DNA from: Vitrella brassicaformis CCMP3155
Lineage: Eukaryota; Protista; Chromerida
NCBI GenBank assembly: GCA_001179505.1
Contig: CDMY01000397.1
Span: forward strand, 23,552-87,551
DNA length: 64,000 nt
Reading direction: 5' to 3'
Below the pieces are notes generated by a model, which worked only from the letters and a program-made list of their open reading frames with translations, was not told where the DNA came from and searched no databases. This document shows positions 37,101 to 49,436 of the stretch, in pieces. The position numbers and the translations under genes were made by a program. The first letter of the stretch is position 1, and every line of letters begins with the position of its first letter.

Positions 37101-38939
37101 AATGGCGTCAAGATGACCAACGAGCCGCCCAAAGGGCTGAGACAGAACCTTTTACGTTCATACTACTCATTCAATGCAGAGTTCCTGGTACTCACAAGAG
37201 GAGGGAGAGAAACACCACATGCACACACATGTCTCTATTACGCTTGTTTGCAGGAGGATCACACCCGTGTGCACGCCTGGAAGAAGCTCCTTTTCGGCCT
37301 CTGTTTCTTCCACGCGTCGATCCTCGAGCGGCGCAAGTTCGGTCCCCTCGGCTGGAACATCCCCTATGAGTTCACCGAGTCGGATCGGCAGATATGTGTC
37401 TCTCAGCTCAAGATGTTCCTCAACGAGTTCGCCGAGATTCCCTACAAGGCCCTCAACTACATGGCCGCTGAGGCCAACTACGGCGGGCGTGTGACGGACG
37501 CATGGGATAGGCGGACCATCAACTTCATCCTGTCGGACTTCTATGCGCCCGACGTTCTGGAGGACGATTACCGGTTCAGCCCCAGCGGCATCTATTACGC
37601 CCCCGCATCAACGACCACACACGAGGGATACCTCGAGTTTGTCCGGTCGCTTCCCCTCAACGAATTCCCGGAGTGCTTTGGGCTGCACGCCAATGCCAAC
37701 CTCGCCGTCGCCATCTCAGAGGTACAAATAGACACAACCGTAACAGAGAAACAGCGCAGCTTCATCGCTTTCTTTGACACATATGTCCATCTTCAGGCGA
37801 TGAATGTGATCCGCACGGCCATGTCGCTGCAGCCCAAGACAGGTGCGGGAGCGGGCAAGTCACCGGAGGAGGTCTTCAGTGCCACGGCCGCAGACATTGT
37901 GGCCAAGCTGCCGAAGCTCTTCGATGTGGAGGCCGTGGCCCGCAAGTACCCCGTGCGCTACGACGAGAGCATGAACACCGTCCTGGTGCAGGAGCTCATG
38001 CGCTTCAACAAACTCCTCAACGTCGTCCGCCGGAGCCTCGTGGACGTGCAGGCGGCCGTCAAGGGCCTAGTGGTGTCCACACCTGAGCTGGAAGAGGTGG
38101 GCTCGGGGCTTTTTGACAATCGTGTGCCCGCCTCATGGAGCAAGGTGAGCCAATGCTGGGTGCACGGGTGAGCATATTGGCTTTGGTGGACAAGGGCTTC
38201 GTTTCTGTGCAGGTTGCATACCCGTCTCTGAAGCCTCTCGGCTCGTGGGTGCGGGACTTCCTCGCCCGTCTGGACTTCATGCAGAAGTGGATTGACGAGG
38301 GCCCGCCACCGAATTATTGGATATCGGGATTCTTCTTCACGCAGTCGTTCCTCACCGGCACTCTGCAGAACTACGCCCGCGCCGCAGGCGTGCCCATCGA
38401 CCAGCTCATTTATGACTACACCATATTGGACAGAAGTCAGACCAAGGTAGGGACATATACACACTCCACCTTTCCCGTTCCACCATGTCTCGCTTGCGTG
38501 TGTGTGTGTCTGTGCGCGTGTATGTGGCAGGATGTGTTGAAGGAGAAGCCTGAGGCGGGTTGCTATGTGTATGGTTTGTTCATGGATGGGGCCCAGTGGG
38601 ATGACGACAAGAAGGTGGTTGGCGAGTCGTCGCCCAAGATGCTGTTCAGCGATATGCCCATGGTGTGGCTCAAACCCATCGATGCCAACGACCAGGACAA
38701 GACCGCTAATGTGTACCCATGCCCCGTCTACAAGACTTCCAGGAGGGCCGGCACGCTCTCCACAACTGGTGGGTGGCAACGGAGACAGACACGGGCAAGT
38801 AAGGAGACACTCGCTGTCTTGTTGTTCAGGTCATTCCACCAATTACGTCATGACGATCCGGCTGCCGATAGCGCCTGAGCACTCTGAGAAGTACTGGACT
38901 AAACGAGGAGTGGCCCTGCTCACACAACTCGACGACTAA
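22180..38939 (+). CDS. DNAH1: Axonemal dynein heavy chain, single-headed inner-arm type, DNAH1-like (many short introns)
   Basis: AAA1 GPAGTGKTE (28837), AAA2 GKTISGKS (~29928), AAA3 GVTGTGKT (~31535), AAA4 GVGGSGRKS (~32781), stalk, AAA5/6 ([19 protein letters not shown]) and C-terminus GHSTNYV...[14 protein letters not shown]. The DNAH1 assignment is inferred from the N-terminal [15 protein letters not shown] and [12 protein letters not shown] blocks and needs a phylogeny. Confidence 0.95.
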
Positions 38940-39482
38940 CTCAGAATGGGTGGTTTCCGGTGCGCGCCTTTGCTCTTGGGGGACTGCAGTGTTTCTGTGC
39001 TGGCGCTCTTCTGCCCTCTGTCTTGCTCGTCCACAGCCAAGTGCGTCTTCGCCTGTCTCGTTTGAGCCTCCCTCACTTTGCGAAGTTGATGAGTCCATGT
39101 GCTCGACGTGACTGACCTTACTTGTCGTTCTCTATGTCCACACATACACACACACACTGCGATACATGAGTGTACGCCGCCTCGTTGGCACATAAATATA
39201 CAGGCCATGCCATGCCATGAGCGAGTGTATGCACGTGTGTGTACGGTACGCACTGCACTGCATGTGTGTCCGCCCGACCGCATCAGCACCACTATAGCTA
39301 TACGTGTGTGTCTCGCTAAATGCATGGCACGCGTGGCACGGCATGGTATTATGGTGTGCCACAAGCGCTATGATCGGCCCCCTGTATGTCTGTACGCATC
39401 GACTAAGTCACCCGCTCACTCGATCATGGCAGCATGCACTGCGTACACATATGAATTGCACACACACGCGGCGAAGGCTCGT

Positions 39483-41794
39483 CTACTTGAGTATGCTTCT
39501 GCACAGCTGCAGGACCTCCTTGGCCAGCAGCACCCGGCACACGCACACGCGCTCGAACGCATCCCCACACGGCAGATCCTTCACCTGACCAACCACACGC
39601 ACAGAGAGAGAGTACATTCATCCGCTTCCCATCGGCGCTGTGGTTGCATTTGCGGGTACCACGTGTGGTTTGTGGTCGGCCAGTTGATTGATGAGCCGCG
39701 ACGCTGATGCACAGATCTTCAGCTGCAACCTGCACACACATTCACACCCACAACACGGAAACGCAGGTGGCCAATCTGCCTCGTCCACGGTGCCGGTGCT
39801 GCTCACACGTCCTGTCCCCTCCGGAATCTGGCGATATCCGAGCCGACGGTGCACTCGCTGATGATGTCGGGCGACAGCTGTACAACGCTGTCAGTCGATA
39901 TCTCGCGATCCAAACGGAGCTTGTCAGCTGCGTGTATCACGACACAACACAGGAAGGAAAAAATGGATGAAGGGGAGGGCCGCTGCATGTCTGTGTGTGC
40001 GTCTGTGGGTACCTTGCTTCATGAGTCGGGTGTATTGCTCCTCCTGTATGCGATTCATTTCCTCTAAGTGGTCCAGGAAGGACCTCTGCGCGCTGTTCAG
40101 ATCGATCTTGGCCTGTACACCCACACAGGGCATCGCACCCATCCACTTTTGCTTTTCAGCCCTCCCCCTGGTCTGTACGCACTGACAGGCGTGTGCACTT
40201 ACAACGATCTGTGTGAGCAGGTCATCAAACGCCTCCCGAGTGCCCTCGTCTGCAACCGTACTCATCATGCCGCCCTGTACACGCACCCAGCATGGAGACC
40301 GGATGGTTCTTCTGTGATCGTCAATTGGTCTCACCTCTTCGCTGGTGGGTTTTGGTACGAGGCGAGCTCGTCTGGCAGCGTGCGATAGACTCTCCGGCAG
40401 CTCCTTGCGGAGGATCTCCTGTACACGACGCTCAACCCATGGACCCTGCAGACACAAGACACCCACGCCACGCAGACAGTGGGCTTGCGGGGTGAGAGTG
40501 GCCTCTTTGTTGTCATACATACCCATCCGTAGTCACTAGTCTGTACAGTGATTGTGACGTGCAGGGACGCCTCCCCGGCCGTGTGGGCCTCGTGCACGTG
40601 ACTGGACCGACACAGAAGAACAACGAACGCAGCATTGCCACATAGACATGAGCACGGCCACGGGCGTGTGAGTCGTGATGTCATTCATCAGTGGTGTGCC
40701 TACCCCCTTGGCAGATAGAGGATATCGCCGGCATGGAGGGTGGCCTCCATCACCGGCTCACCCAGCTCCTGACGCGACAAAGCGAGACGATAAAACGTAT
40801 GGGCGATGGGCGGTGCTGTGCCTTATCTACGTGGGGATGCATTCCTCTCACCGCATTGTATTCCCTCTCTTTGCCGATCATCTCATCGCTATACGGCAGG
40901 GCGCCAGGCGGGCTGGGGGGAGCATACACACGCCACTTCTGAACCACACACATCCATTCAACAACCGCAAACAAGAGTCCCACATGCTCCCATCCATCCA
41001 TCCATCCATCCATCCATCCAGCCACCCAGCCCACCTTGGTGCCCCAGATCTGCAGGAGGAACACATCCTGGTCGTCGCTGTGCGGCCGCACGGCATACGA
41101 CCGCGGCGGCGTGAGGTACAGCACCCCGAAGCAGTGGATGAAGTGCTGCCTGGCCAGCGCCCGGCAGAGCGCCTGCAATGGCCGCGACAGCCGGTCGGCC
41201 TGGTTGATGATGAAGGACGCACCGTCCAGGTATGCGTGGTAGAGGGGGAGGGTGTTGGTCAGCGACAGCACGCCATTGAGGCGAAACGGCAGCCCCTCCT
41301 GACAGACATCCAACCGACAAGAGAGAGAAAAGAGTGAGGGAAGCGGTGAGTGAGTTTCGATGTGTGGTCGCTGACCTTGTATATTTTGAGTGCATGTGGT
41401 AGCCCGATGACTGCCAGTGCTGTTGCCGCCAAAACATCATCCTGCAACACACACACACAGACACACAGACACACACAGACACACACAGACACGGAAAACA
41501 ACGCCATTCACCGCGATCTACTTTCCTCCTTGCTCCCTGCCCTTTTCTCACCACAGACAGCCACCCTGCAAAGTCGATAAAGGTCGCGTCGTCAGGCTCA
41601 TTCATCAGCAGCGCCTTGGCAATGTGCAGCGGCTTCTTCTCCCAATAATCCGCCCAGAAGGAGGACGTCAAAACACGCTGTGAGAAGGCCTCTGCCGCCC
41701 GCTCGCCCTTGTCCTGCGCCGCTGTGTGTGAGGCAGCCGTCTTACTGGGCGTGCCTCCCGGGATGGTGCTGCTCATCTGCTTCAGGGAGCTCAT
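39483..41794 (-). CDS. JmjC/Cupin_4 2-oxoglutarate oxygenase of the NO66/MINA53 (RIOX) family (multi-exon)
   Basis: FWADYWEKKPLHI; YLTPP..YAVRPHSDDQDVFLLQIWGTK|WRVY (HxD facial-triad motif); LHAGDILYLPRG..HEA; SLHVTI; and a C-terminal winged-helix-like FERVCVCRVLLAKEVL. Confidence 0.85.
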
Positions 41795-41987
41795 GATCTA
41801 CACATGCGCCAACACGTCTGCTGAACCCTTCCGAACGGAGAGCAGCGAAGATCTTTGCCAAAATCTCTTGTGCGAGCTTTCCGTTGAAACCGTTGATACA
41901 GCGGGAGAAGCGGGTTGGACGACAGACGCATCAGATTCTTTCCCTCCGCCGTGCGTACGTGCGTGCGTCCGCCTTTGCAGTCGTGCT

Positions 41988-44470
41988 ATGGCAGTTGCCA
42001 AGCTGCAGCGAAAGAGAGAGCAGACCACGGACGGACCCATCAACGGGCGGCGGCAGACGCAGACCCCTGGGATGGGTCTGCTCCCCCGCATGCCATCGAG
42101 CTGCGGCAGTGGTGTGCCGGGGCGAACTGTGGAAAGGCGTTCTTTGACGGTGAAGATGAGACGGGTCCGTCTCCCACAACTGAAAAAGCTGCTGGAGGCC
42201 ATCTGGTCATCAAAGACCATCAATGACCGGCATGGTAGAGAGCAAAGGACGCCGATAAGCACGCTGCAGCAATACATGTACCGTCACATCGGATGGAGAC
42301 ACCACTGGTCTTGTGTTCCTCTTGGTGTGACACTGTGTGTGTGTGTGTGTGTGTGTGGCAGGTATGTCTTCCTGCTGCATCGATTTGGGCTGAGATCGGT
42401 AGTCGTCGAGTACGCCACGGCCATATTACAGGTCCGCCCAGCAGAGAGAGAGAGAGAGAGAGATGGCCGTTGTATCGTTGATGAGGTGTGTCTGCTTCTT
42501 TCTAGCGCAGGGGGTTGATGAATACAGTCGTGTTGATGCGGACGTGTTGCTGTTCGGCAAGGTCCTCGGCTGCCGTGTCGATGAGGCATTCCGGTGGAGA
42601 TCGATTATCATGCTGTGTTGATGTATCGCTGTCTGGCCTGTGTGTCCTGAACTGCAGGAATATCCATGAGGAGCTCAAGGCGACGTTTGGGTCCCTGCTC
42701 GAAGAGTTGCTGAGGCGTAAGCGAGCCAACGGAAGACACCATGAGAAACGGTCATGGCCTCTTTCATTTGATCTTCTCGGTTGCTCGTCAGTTCTGCATC
42801 CGCTCAAGGACGAGACACAGGTGAGGGAGACGCCGTGTGTCCACCACAAGCGATGCGGCCGCGCACTGTGTGTGTCTTAAGATCGCTTCGCTTATGAAAG
42901 AATATCGCAGCGGCAAGGTGAGCTCGTTGAGCGGGGCCTTCATTGCCGTCCATCCCTGGTGTTTGTGCCATCGGTGCAGCGGCTCCTTACTGGTGCCGAA
43001 GTCCTTCCCATCCTCGGCCACATTTATTCAGACGAACAGGTCAAGAACATCACCCAAGGCTTCCTCAACGCTGCCAATCGGGAGTCCTTGCCCGTCCCCG
43101 CGAATGAGGATGTTGGTGGGGATATCCCTCCCTCTTGGTGGCACATGGATGTTGACACTTTGCTCGATCCAGCCATACCCCTGCCAGCACGGGTGCATCC
43201 AAACCAGGTGGGTGATCGATTGACCAGAAAAGCCGTCCTGATATGTCTGTGGTGACCTTCCCGTCCCCACAGGCTCTTTCTTTCGGCCGCACGGCTCCGT
43301 CAACCCCTGCCCCAGCTGGTCAACAGGAGCCGGCTACAAGGGCAGGCCCACCCACCGTCCAGGGGCAAGAGACATTCAGCATCACCCTTACAGACGATAC
43401 CAAGAAGCCTGAAAGCAGCCCGACCGGGGGCCGGCGGATGAGCCGTGCCCGCATCTCCTTGGCCTCGACAGCAGACGCGAGCGAAGCCCCCCGCACAAGA
43501 GGTGCATTGACCAGCTCTGTCGCATCGGCCCGGCATTTCGGTCGTCCGTCAGCACTGCTAGTCGATCGGGCACATTCCGTGCAGTCGACGCCTGATGTGG
43601 CCGGCGACAAAGGAGAGGAGTCCGAAGGCAGGAAAGGAGAGAATGGGGGTGAGGGCGGAGACACGTGTGAGAGTGGGGGTGGCGGAGATGGCTTCTGCGG
43701 TCTGCTGCTGTCTTACGAGAGGGTGCTGTCGGTGCTGCTGGCATTTCAGCTTCATGATCGAGAGAGGTGCCCACTAGAGAGGGAAGGGACGGTCGGCTGA
43801 TCTCTGTGTGTCCATTGCAGGCGTCTGCAGCCTTTGTCTGCGCTGTTTCGGAAGGTGGATTGGGACAACGACGGCATGATCAACCGCCGCGACGCTGCCT
43901 TGCTGGTATGTGGTATGCATGTGTGTGGAACATGGTTTGCGAGAAGCAGCTGGCAGCTTCTGTGTCTTTGCTTGCGTGCAGCTATCCAAGCACCTCCCTG
44001 CCGTGTCTGACCAACAGGTGAAGCGCTGCATTGGCCTCATGGACCCCAATAAATTCGACGTGAGTTGGGAGGGGGGGAACGATATGCAACGCAATCACTG
44101 GTGAATGTGCTGTGTGTGTTGCAATGCTCCTGTGTGTCGCCTCACACCAGAGGATCACTTTCGACTGCCTTGTTGCCCACACCGACCGGCGTGAAGACAG
44201 CCGAAATCAGCGAAGCTAGTGTAGAGAGCCGGGATGGAGAGGAGATGCAGCGAGACGAGACGAGATGAGGGCCGCCTAAGGCGGTCGGGCGGGCGGTGTG
44301 TCCGACCAGGTTGTGTGTGCCTTGTGGGTGTGCCCTGACTCACTCATGTGTCTTCCTTCCTCATGGGCTCACAGCTGACGGAGGTGTTGTGGCTGAAGGC
44401 ACCGGAGGTCGCTCACAATGCTCGGAGAGCGCATGCACCATTTTTGGCCGTCGATCCTGACAGTCAGTGA
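41988..44470 (+). CDS. EF-hand-containing protein with a TSNAXIP1-like helical region (multi-exon; start uncertain)
   Basis: LQQYMY|VFLLHRFGLRSVVVEYATAILQ|GVDEYSRVDADVLLFGKVL resembles the TSNAXIP1-like block (from memory). Canonical EF loop DWDNDGMINRRD at 43858-43893. Confidence 0.55.
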
Positions 44471-44871
44471 CTCAATGGATGAATGTCCTACAGAATGAAC
44501 CCATGGCAGGCAATGAACTGTCTGATGCCATGCGACGCATGGGTCGACTGTGCCAGCGCGTCGAATTCCGTGACTATCGGTCCGCTGTCTGCAGCTGCTT
44601 GTTTCTTGTGTATCATCGTCGCTGACGTCGATGTGGTCCCCTTTACAGTGATTAATTGGCTACGGCCATGAATTAAAAAAACACCCCGCGATTCGCGAGC
44701 TTACTCCCTCTCGGCGTGGGTGCCCTGGGGAGGTCGGCCTCCTCGATAGTAAGCCTCGGCTCATTGGATTCTTTTCGGCACATCTCGCCGGTAGGCAGCA
44801 CACAGATGCCGAGAGAGATGCACACACACACACCTCTGTGCCCTTCTCGTCAGCCGTGGTTGAGTGGCGCC

Positions 44872-46320
44872 ATGGCAGCAGCGGCGGCTTCATCTTCGTC
44901 GTCTGCTTTGCCTTACAACGAGGTCAGTCAAAGCACAACAAAATCGCACTCATCAATGTGTCAGAGCATCACTGACTCATTCGTTCGTTTGTTTGATTGT
45001 TCGGTTCGTCAGGCAATTCCATCCCCGACGCCGGGCCGTTACAAACAGGGCAGTCGTGTGCTGATGGTAACCAGCGAGCGGGAGAAGGGCAAACAGAGGT
45101 GGGTCAAGGCCGACGTGTATCGCATCGAGGAGGGCAGTGGACGGACGGCGCTTCACTTGAGGGAGGTGGGCGGACACCGAGAGGAGTTCAAAGTGCTGGT
45201 GCCGCATAGCAAGACAAAGACATCACCGCATGGCCAACAGGTATACGCGACGTCCACACGTCCACTCACTCATCGGATGTGCGTGTGGTGTGTGTACGCC
45301 CAGGCGCATGGCGGCTTCCGTCTCACTCACAAGAACTCTGCTGATCAGGAGGATAACACAATGGTACACACACACACACACACACACAGCCACACTCGTG
45401 GCGCGGCTCACTCTCATGCTGGCTGCTCTCCCTGACTCAGGCCCCTCGTGATCCTGGCGACGACCACCTGTCGTGTGTCTTCAGCTTCGTGACCCCTCGC
45501 GAGTTGTCAGCCCTCCCAACCCTCTCCAAGCAGTGGCCGCAAGTCCGCAAGGGGGCCCTTCACCAGCAGACGCACATCGATACTGCAATAGTGTCTGCTG
45601 CTGCCCTGAATGTGGTGCTGGACAAGTGCAGGGCCATGTACCTGCCACACAATCGAGTACTCAAGCTGCACAAGTGAGTGAGTCGAAGGGGAGGGAAATG
45701 TGCAGCCATACATAAGAGGGGCACGTGCTCATCTGTGTGTGTTTTAACGCAGGGCGAGTGAGTCGGGCAACACACTGAGTGACCTGTGCCACTCACTCTC
45801 GCACGCCATACGCCACGAGCTCCCCTCCGGCCCACTGTGTCTCATGATCCACCACTGCGACCGCGACGAGCCGCACAGCCACGTGACGATCTTGGACAGC
45901 TCGCCGACCACCCTCAAACCACCCGACGTGCCGCCCACACACACCCTGACGTCTGCGACGGTCCACGCCGTGATGATGCACATCAAGACCAACAACCCCT
46001 CGACGCAGCTGCCCGTGACGTCCAAGACCGTCAAGCTCTGCGTGGCCATGACCTCAGACGGGTCGGGACGTGGATTCGTTTCGTTGGAGGTAGGTGTGCC
46101 AGTCAGTCACGTGGTGTGCATCTTGTGAGTGTATCTTCTGTGTGTGTGTGTGTCTTGTCAGCGAGGCGGGGACATGATGCTCAGGGTGGGCTCCGAGACC
46201 TACCCACGCTGGGACTTTGCCGACTGGTACTTGTACCCACGCTGGTACTTTGCCGACTGGTACTTGGCCGACATCGAGACGAAGGCGGCGGATGACATTG
46301 AGCTGTGGGCCATCCGCTGA
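44872..46320 (+). CDS. Hypothetical lineage-specific protein (multi-exon) with a weak F-box-like segment
   Basis: Exons MAAAAASSSSSALPYNE|AIPSPTPGRYKQGSRV..., FVTPRELSALPTLSKQW, ...YPRWDFADWYLYPRWYFADWYLADIETKAADDIELWAIR*, joined by GT-AG introns. Confidence 0.55.
46201..46266 (+). repeat. 33-bp in-frame tandem duplication (1 mismatch)
   Basis: tacccacgctgggactttgccgactggtacttg followed by tacccacgctggtactttgccgactggtacttg. Confidence 0.95.
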
Positions 46321-46999
46321 GCACAGCAAGACAGACAGACAGACATCGATCGCATGTGATGGGTACGACACGACTTGTTCATGATGCGTGTCTGTTCATG
46401 GACTGAAAGTTTGGATGAAGGAGTTGATCGACCGGCATATGTCACGTCACGTGATCATGATGGACGGTTCGTTCAAGCCAGCAGGTATTCATCACATTTT
46501 GCGTCGACCTGTCTGTCCACTTGACTAAAACCCTTCGTCATCCGTCTGCACGCACAGGCTATGGCAGCACCGCCCCCATGACAATGAAGTGGGATGGAGT
46601 GGGATGGAATGTGATGAATGCAACCACGCCAATCAGCCAGCAGATTATAGAAACAAGGGGAGGAGAGAACGTCACATGTCGACCGCAAGACCAGACAAGA
46701 CAAGACCAGACCAGGCAAGGCATGGCACGGCAAGAGAAGCGAAGCGAAGCCAATCGTGCGCACATGGTGCTCTTTCTCATGAGTCACGCCACCAACCGCA
46801 ATACATCAAAACAGCGGCTGGGAGAGGGGGGAGAGAGAGGTGAACGACACAGCAACATGTAAGCCTATTGCACCATCCCACCCACCCACCGACCCATCCC
46901 GCCCCGATGAGAAATACACTGGCACGTGCAGTGTAGGACGACAGACAAGGCAGATAGTTTCCATGTACATCCAACACACACGACACATCAATCAATCAA

Positions 47000-49403
47000 G
47001 CCATCCTGTGGATCATCGTACGTACAAATATCACCGGCCCACCGCACAGACCGGTCTGTCGGGGCCACACTGCCTTCCTGCCAGTAAGCCACAGCCGCGC
47101 CACACCCGCTGCCTGTCTGCTTGTCGGCTGAGACGGCCGGCCGGCAGACACATAACGCCAGCCAGCCATTCATCGACATGACAAGGCGGACAAAGATGGG
47201 ATCCCACACAGCACTCTGGACGGGCCAAAGAATCCAAAACGGCCGGCTTGTCTGTGAGGGAACAAACGAGGGGAGGGAATGAGAGAGAGAGAGCCATCGT
47301 ACAAAGGAGGAAAAACGGCAGGCAGGGCGTGGACGTGCCTGCCTGTCTGTCTGCCTGGCTGTGTGTATGTCTGTATGTGTCATGAAGGTGCGGAAGAGAG
47401 ACATTAATAAAAGCCATTTGGCCGCTCCACATCATGTGCCCATCACACGCAGACAGACATGCGCACGTACGATAATGAGACGACACTGTCCAATACACCG
47501 GTCCACCACACACACATACACGGAGAGAGGGAGAGAGAGAGAGAGAGAGAGAGACGTGGGCCTGTCTATGTGCCGCCGTGTGTTTGTGCACCACCACACG
47601 ACGGCCGGCCATGAGAGGCCATCCGCACACAACAGAAAAAGGGGAGGCAAAAGGGGAGGCATGCCTGTGTTGTATCACGTCAAGGACACACACAGACAGA
47701 CACAGAGAGAGATACGTTCACTGACTGAGGGCTCACGGATGCACCAGCCACCAGGAAGTCAGACCCACCATACGCCCACACACCTTACAGAAAATCGCCC
47801 CCTGCCCTTGCCGCTGGCACCGCCCCATCGTGACGGCACGTCCACAGCACACCGTCCCCGACACACCATGACAAAAACGGCCCACCAGTCTGTCTGTCCG
47901 TGTTGATCGATGCCATTCACCCACCCACCCACCCAGCCGGCCGCAGTCAGTCAGTCAGCACATACACGCATCCATTGCCATTCCCCACAGCCCTCCCACA
48001 CACCACACCACACAGGAGCTTTGTGGCTGCATCAGATCAGTCACGCCGCCAACACGACAAAACAGCGCGCGCGAGAGAGAGAGAGGGAGAGAGAGAGAGA
48101 GAGAGAGGGAGCGAGAGAGCGAAGGACCTATCGTACAAGAGGAGCAAAAAACGGCAGGGCGGAGACTGACCTCGTCTGTCTGTCTGTCTGTTTGTCTGTG
48201 TGCATGAAAAGGGGCGGGAGAGAGAGAGATATTAAACCCACAGCGTGCAACGCGCCGATCCACAGCAGACACACGGACAGACACCCACATAAACAGGGAG
48301 GGAGAGAGAGAGAGAGGTCGGCCTCTCTCTGTGTGCCGCCATGTGTTTGTGCAGCACCACACGACGGCCGGCCATGCAGGTACCACATCAGACAGATCGA
48401 CCCATCGATCGACATCACGCAGCCTGGGGAAAATCGCCCCCTGACCTTGGCGCTCGCACCGCCCCAACGGGAAAAACTTGCATGCGCTCCTCCGGCACGG
48501 CACGGCACGGCAGATGCTGACAGAAACGGCTCACCTGTCTGTCTGTCTGTCTGTGTGTGTCTGTGTGTGTGTGTGTGCATATTTGTCCAAATGCCTGTCT
48601 GCGGTGAAATGAGTTGCGTCCATCGTGTCTGGCTGCCATTAGAACAAAAAGGGCCGCGTGTGGTCCGCGTGTTGTGTGTTTCTCTCTGATGCAGTGCGCA
48701 AGTGAATCTCTCAGCAGCCAAGTACCAGTAATCCAGCCAGCCAGTCAGGTTCTCTCAAGTTGTCACCAGGTCACCCCCCCAACACGGCGGACACACATGC
48801 AGGCCCCTCCCCGTGTGTGTGTGTGTGTGTGTGTATGGTTGGGTGTGACGCACCGCACGAGCCCCCTGCAGCCCCCCCCCCTCCCGCCCCCATGACATGC
48901 AGCACCTACAGACCAGTCAGTGCTTACTGTGTACGGTATGCAATGGAGTGGGATGGGATGGAATGCGATCGATGAATGCGATCATGACCACCCCATGCAC
49001 CCAATCAGCCACTGACTCAGCCAGGAGACGATGGAGACGGAGAGAGGACAGCCAGCCAGTCGAGGTACCTTTACTTACACGCAGACACAAAAACCTACGT
49101 ACCCACGTACCTACACGCCATCAATCAATCCATCAATACAAACTGACACCTTACTTATGTGTGGTCGGCCGACCGCAGTGAGTGCAATTGAATTGCTCCC
49201 TCCCTCCCTCCCTCTGTCTGTCTGTCTGTCTGTCTGTGTGTCTGCCGACCTGTCTGTCGCTTGCAAACACACACACCACACACGTACACCTGCCAGCCAG
49301 GCATCCGTCGCAAAAAGTGGGCCGAAGAGAGACAGAGAGAGAGGGAGAGCAAAGGACCTATCGTACAAGAGGAGCATAAAACGGCAGGGCGGAGACTGAC
49401 CTC

Positions 49404-49436
<33 letters not shown>

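Noticed and set aside
22277-38779. Many 100-280 aa antisense or alternative-frame ORFs overlapping the dynein gene
   Set aside because: Expected shadow ORFs of GC3-rich coding sequence, with no recognisable motifs.
39200-39360. Imperfect inverted repeat (ccatgccatg..gcgag / ctcgc..catggca) between the dynein and JmjC 3' ends
   Set aside because: Pairing relies on short low-complexity CATG/GCAC words, far weaker than the 4119-4220 hairpin.
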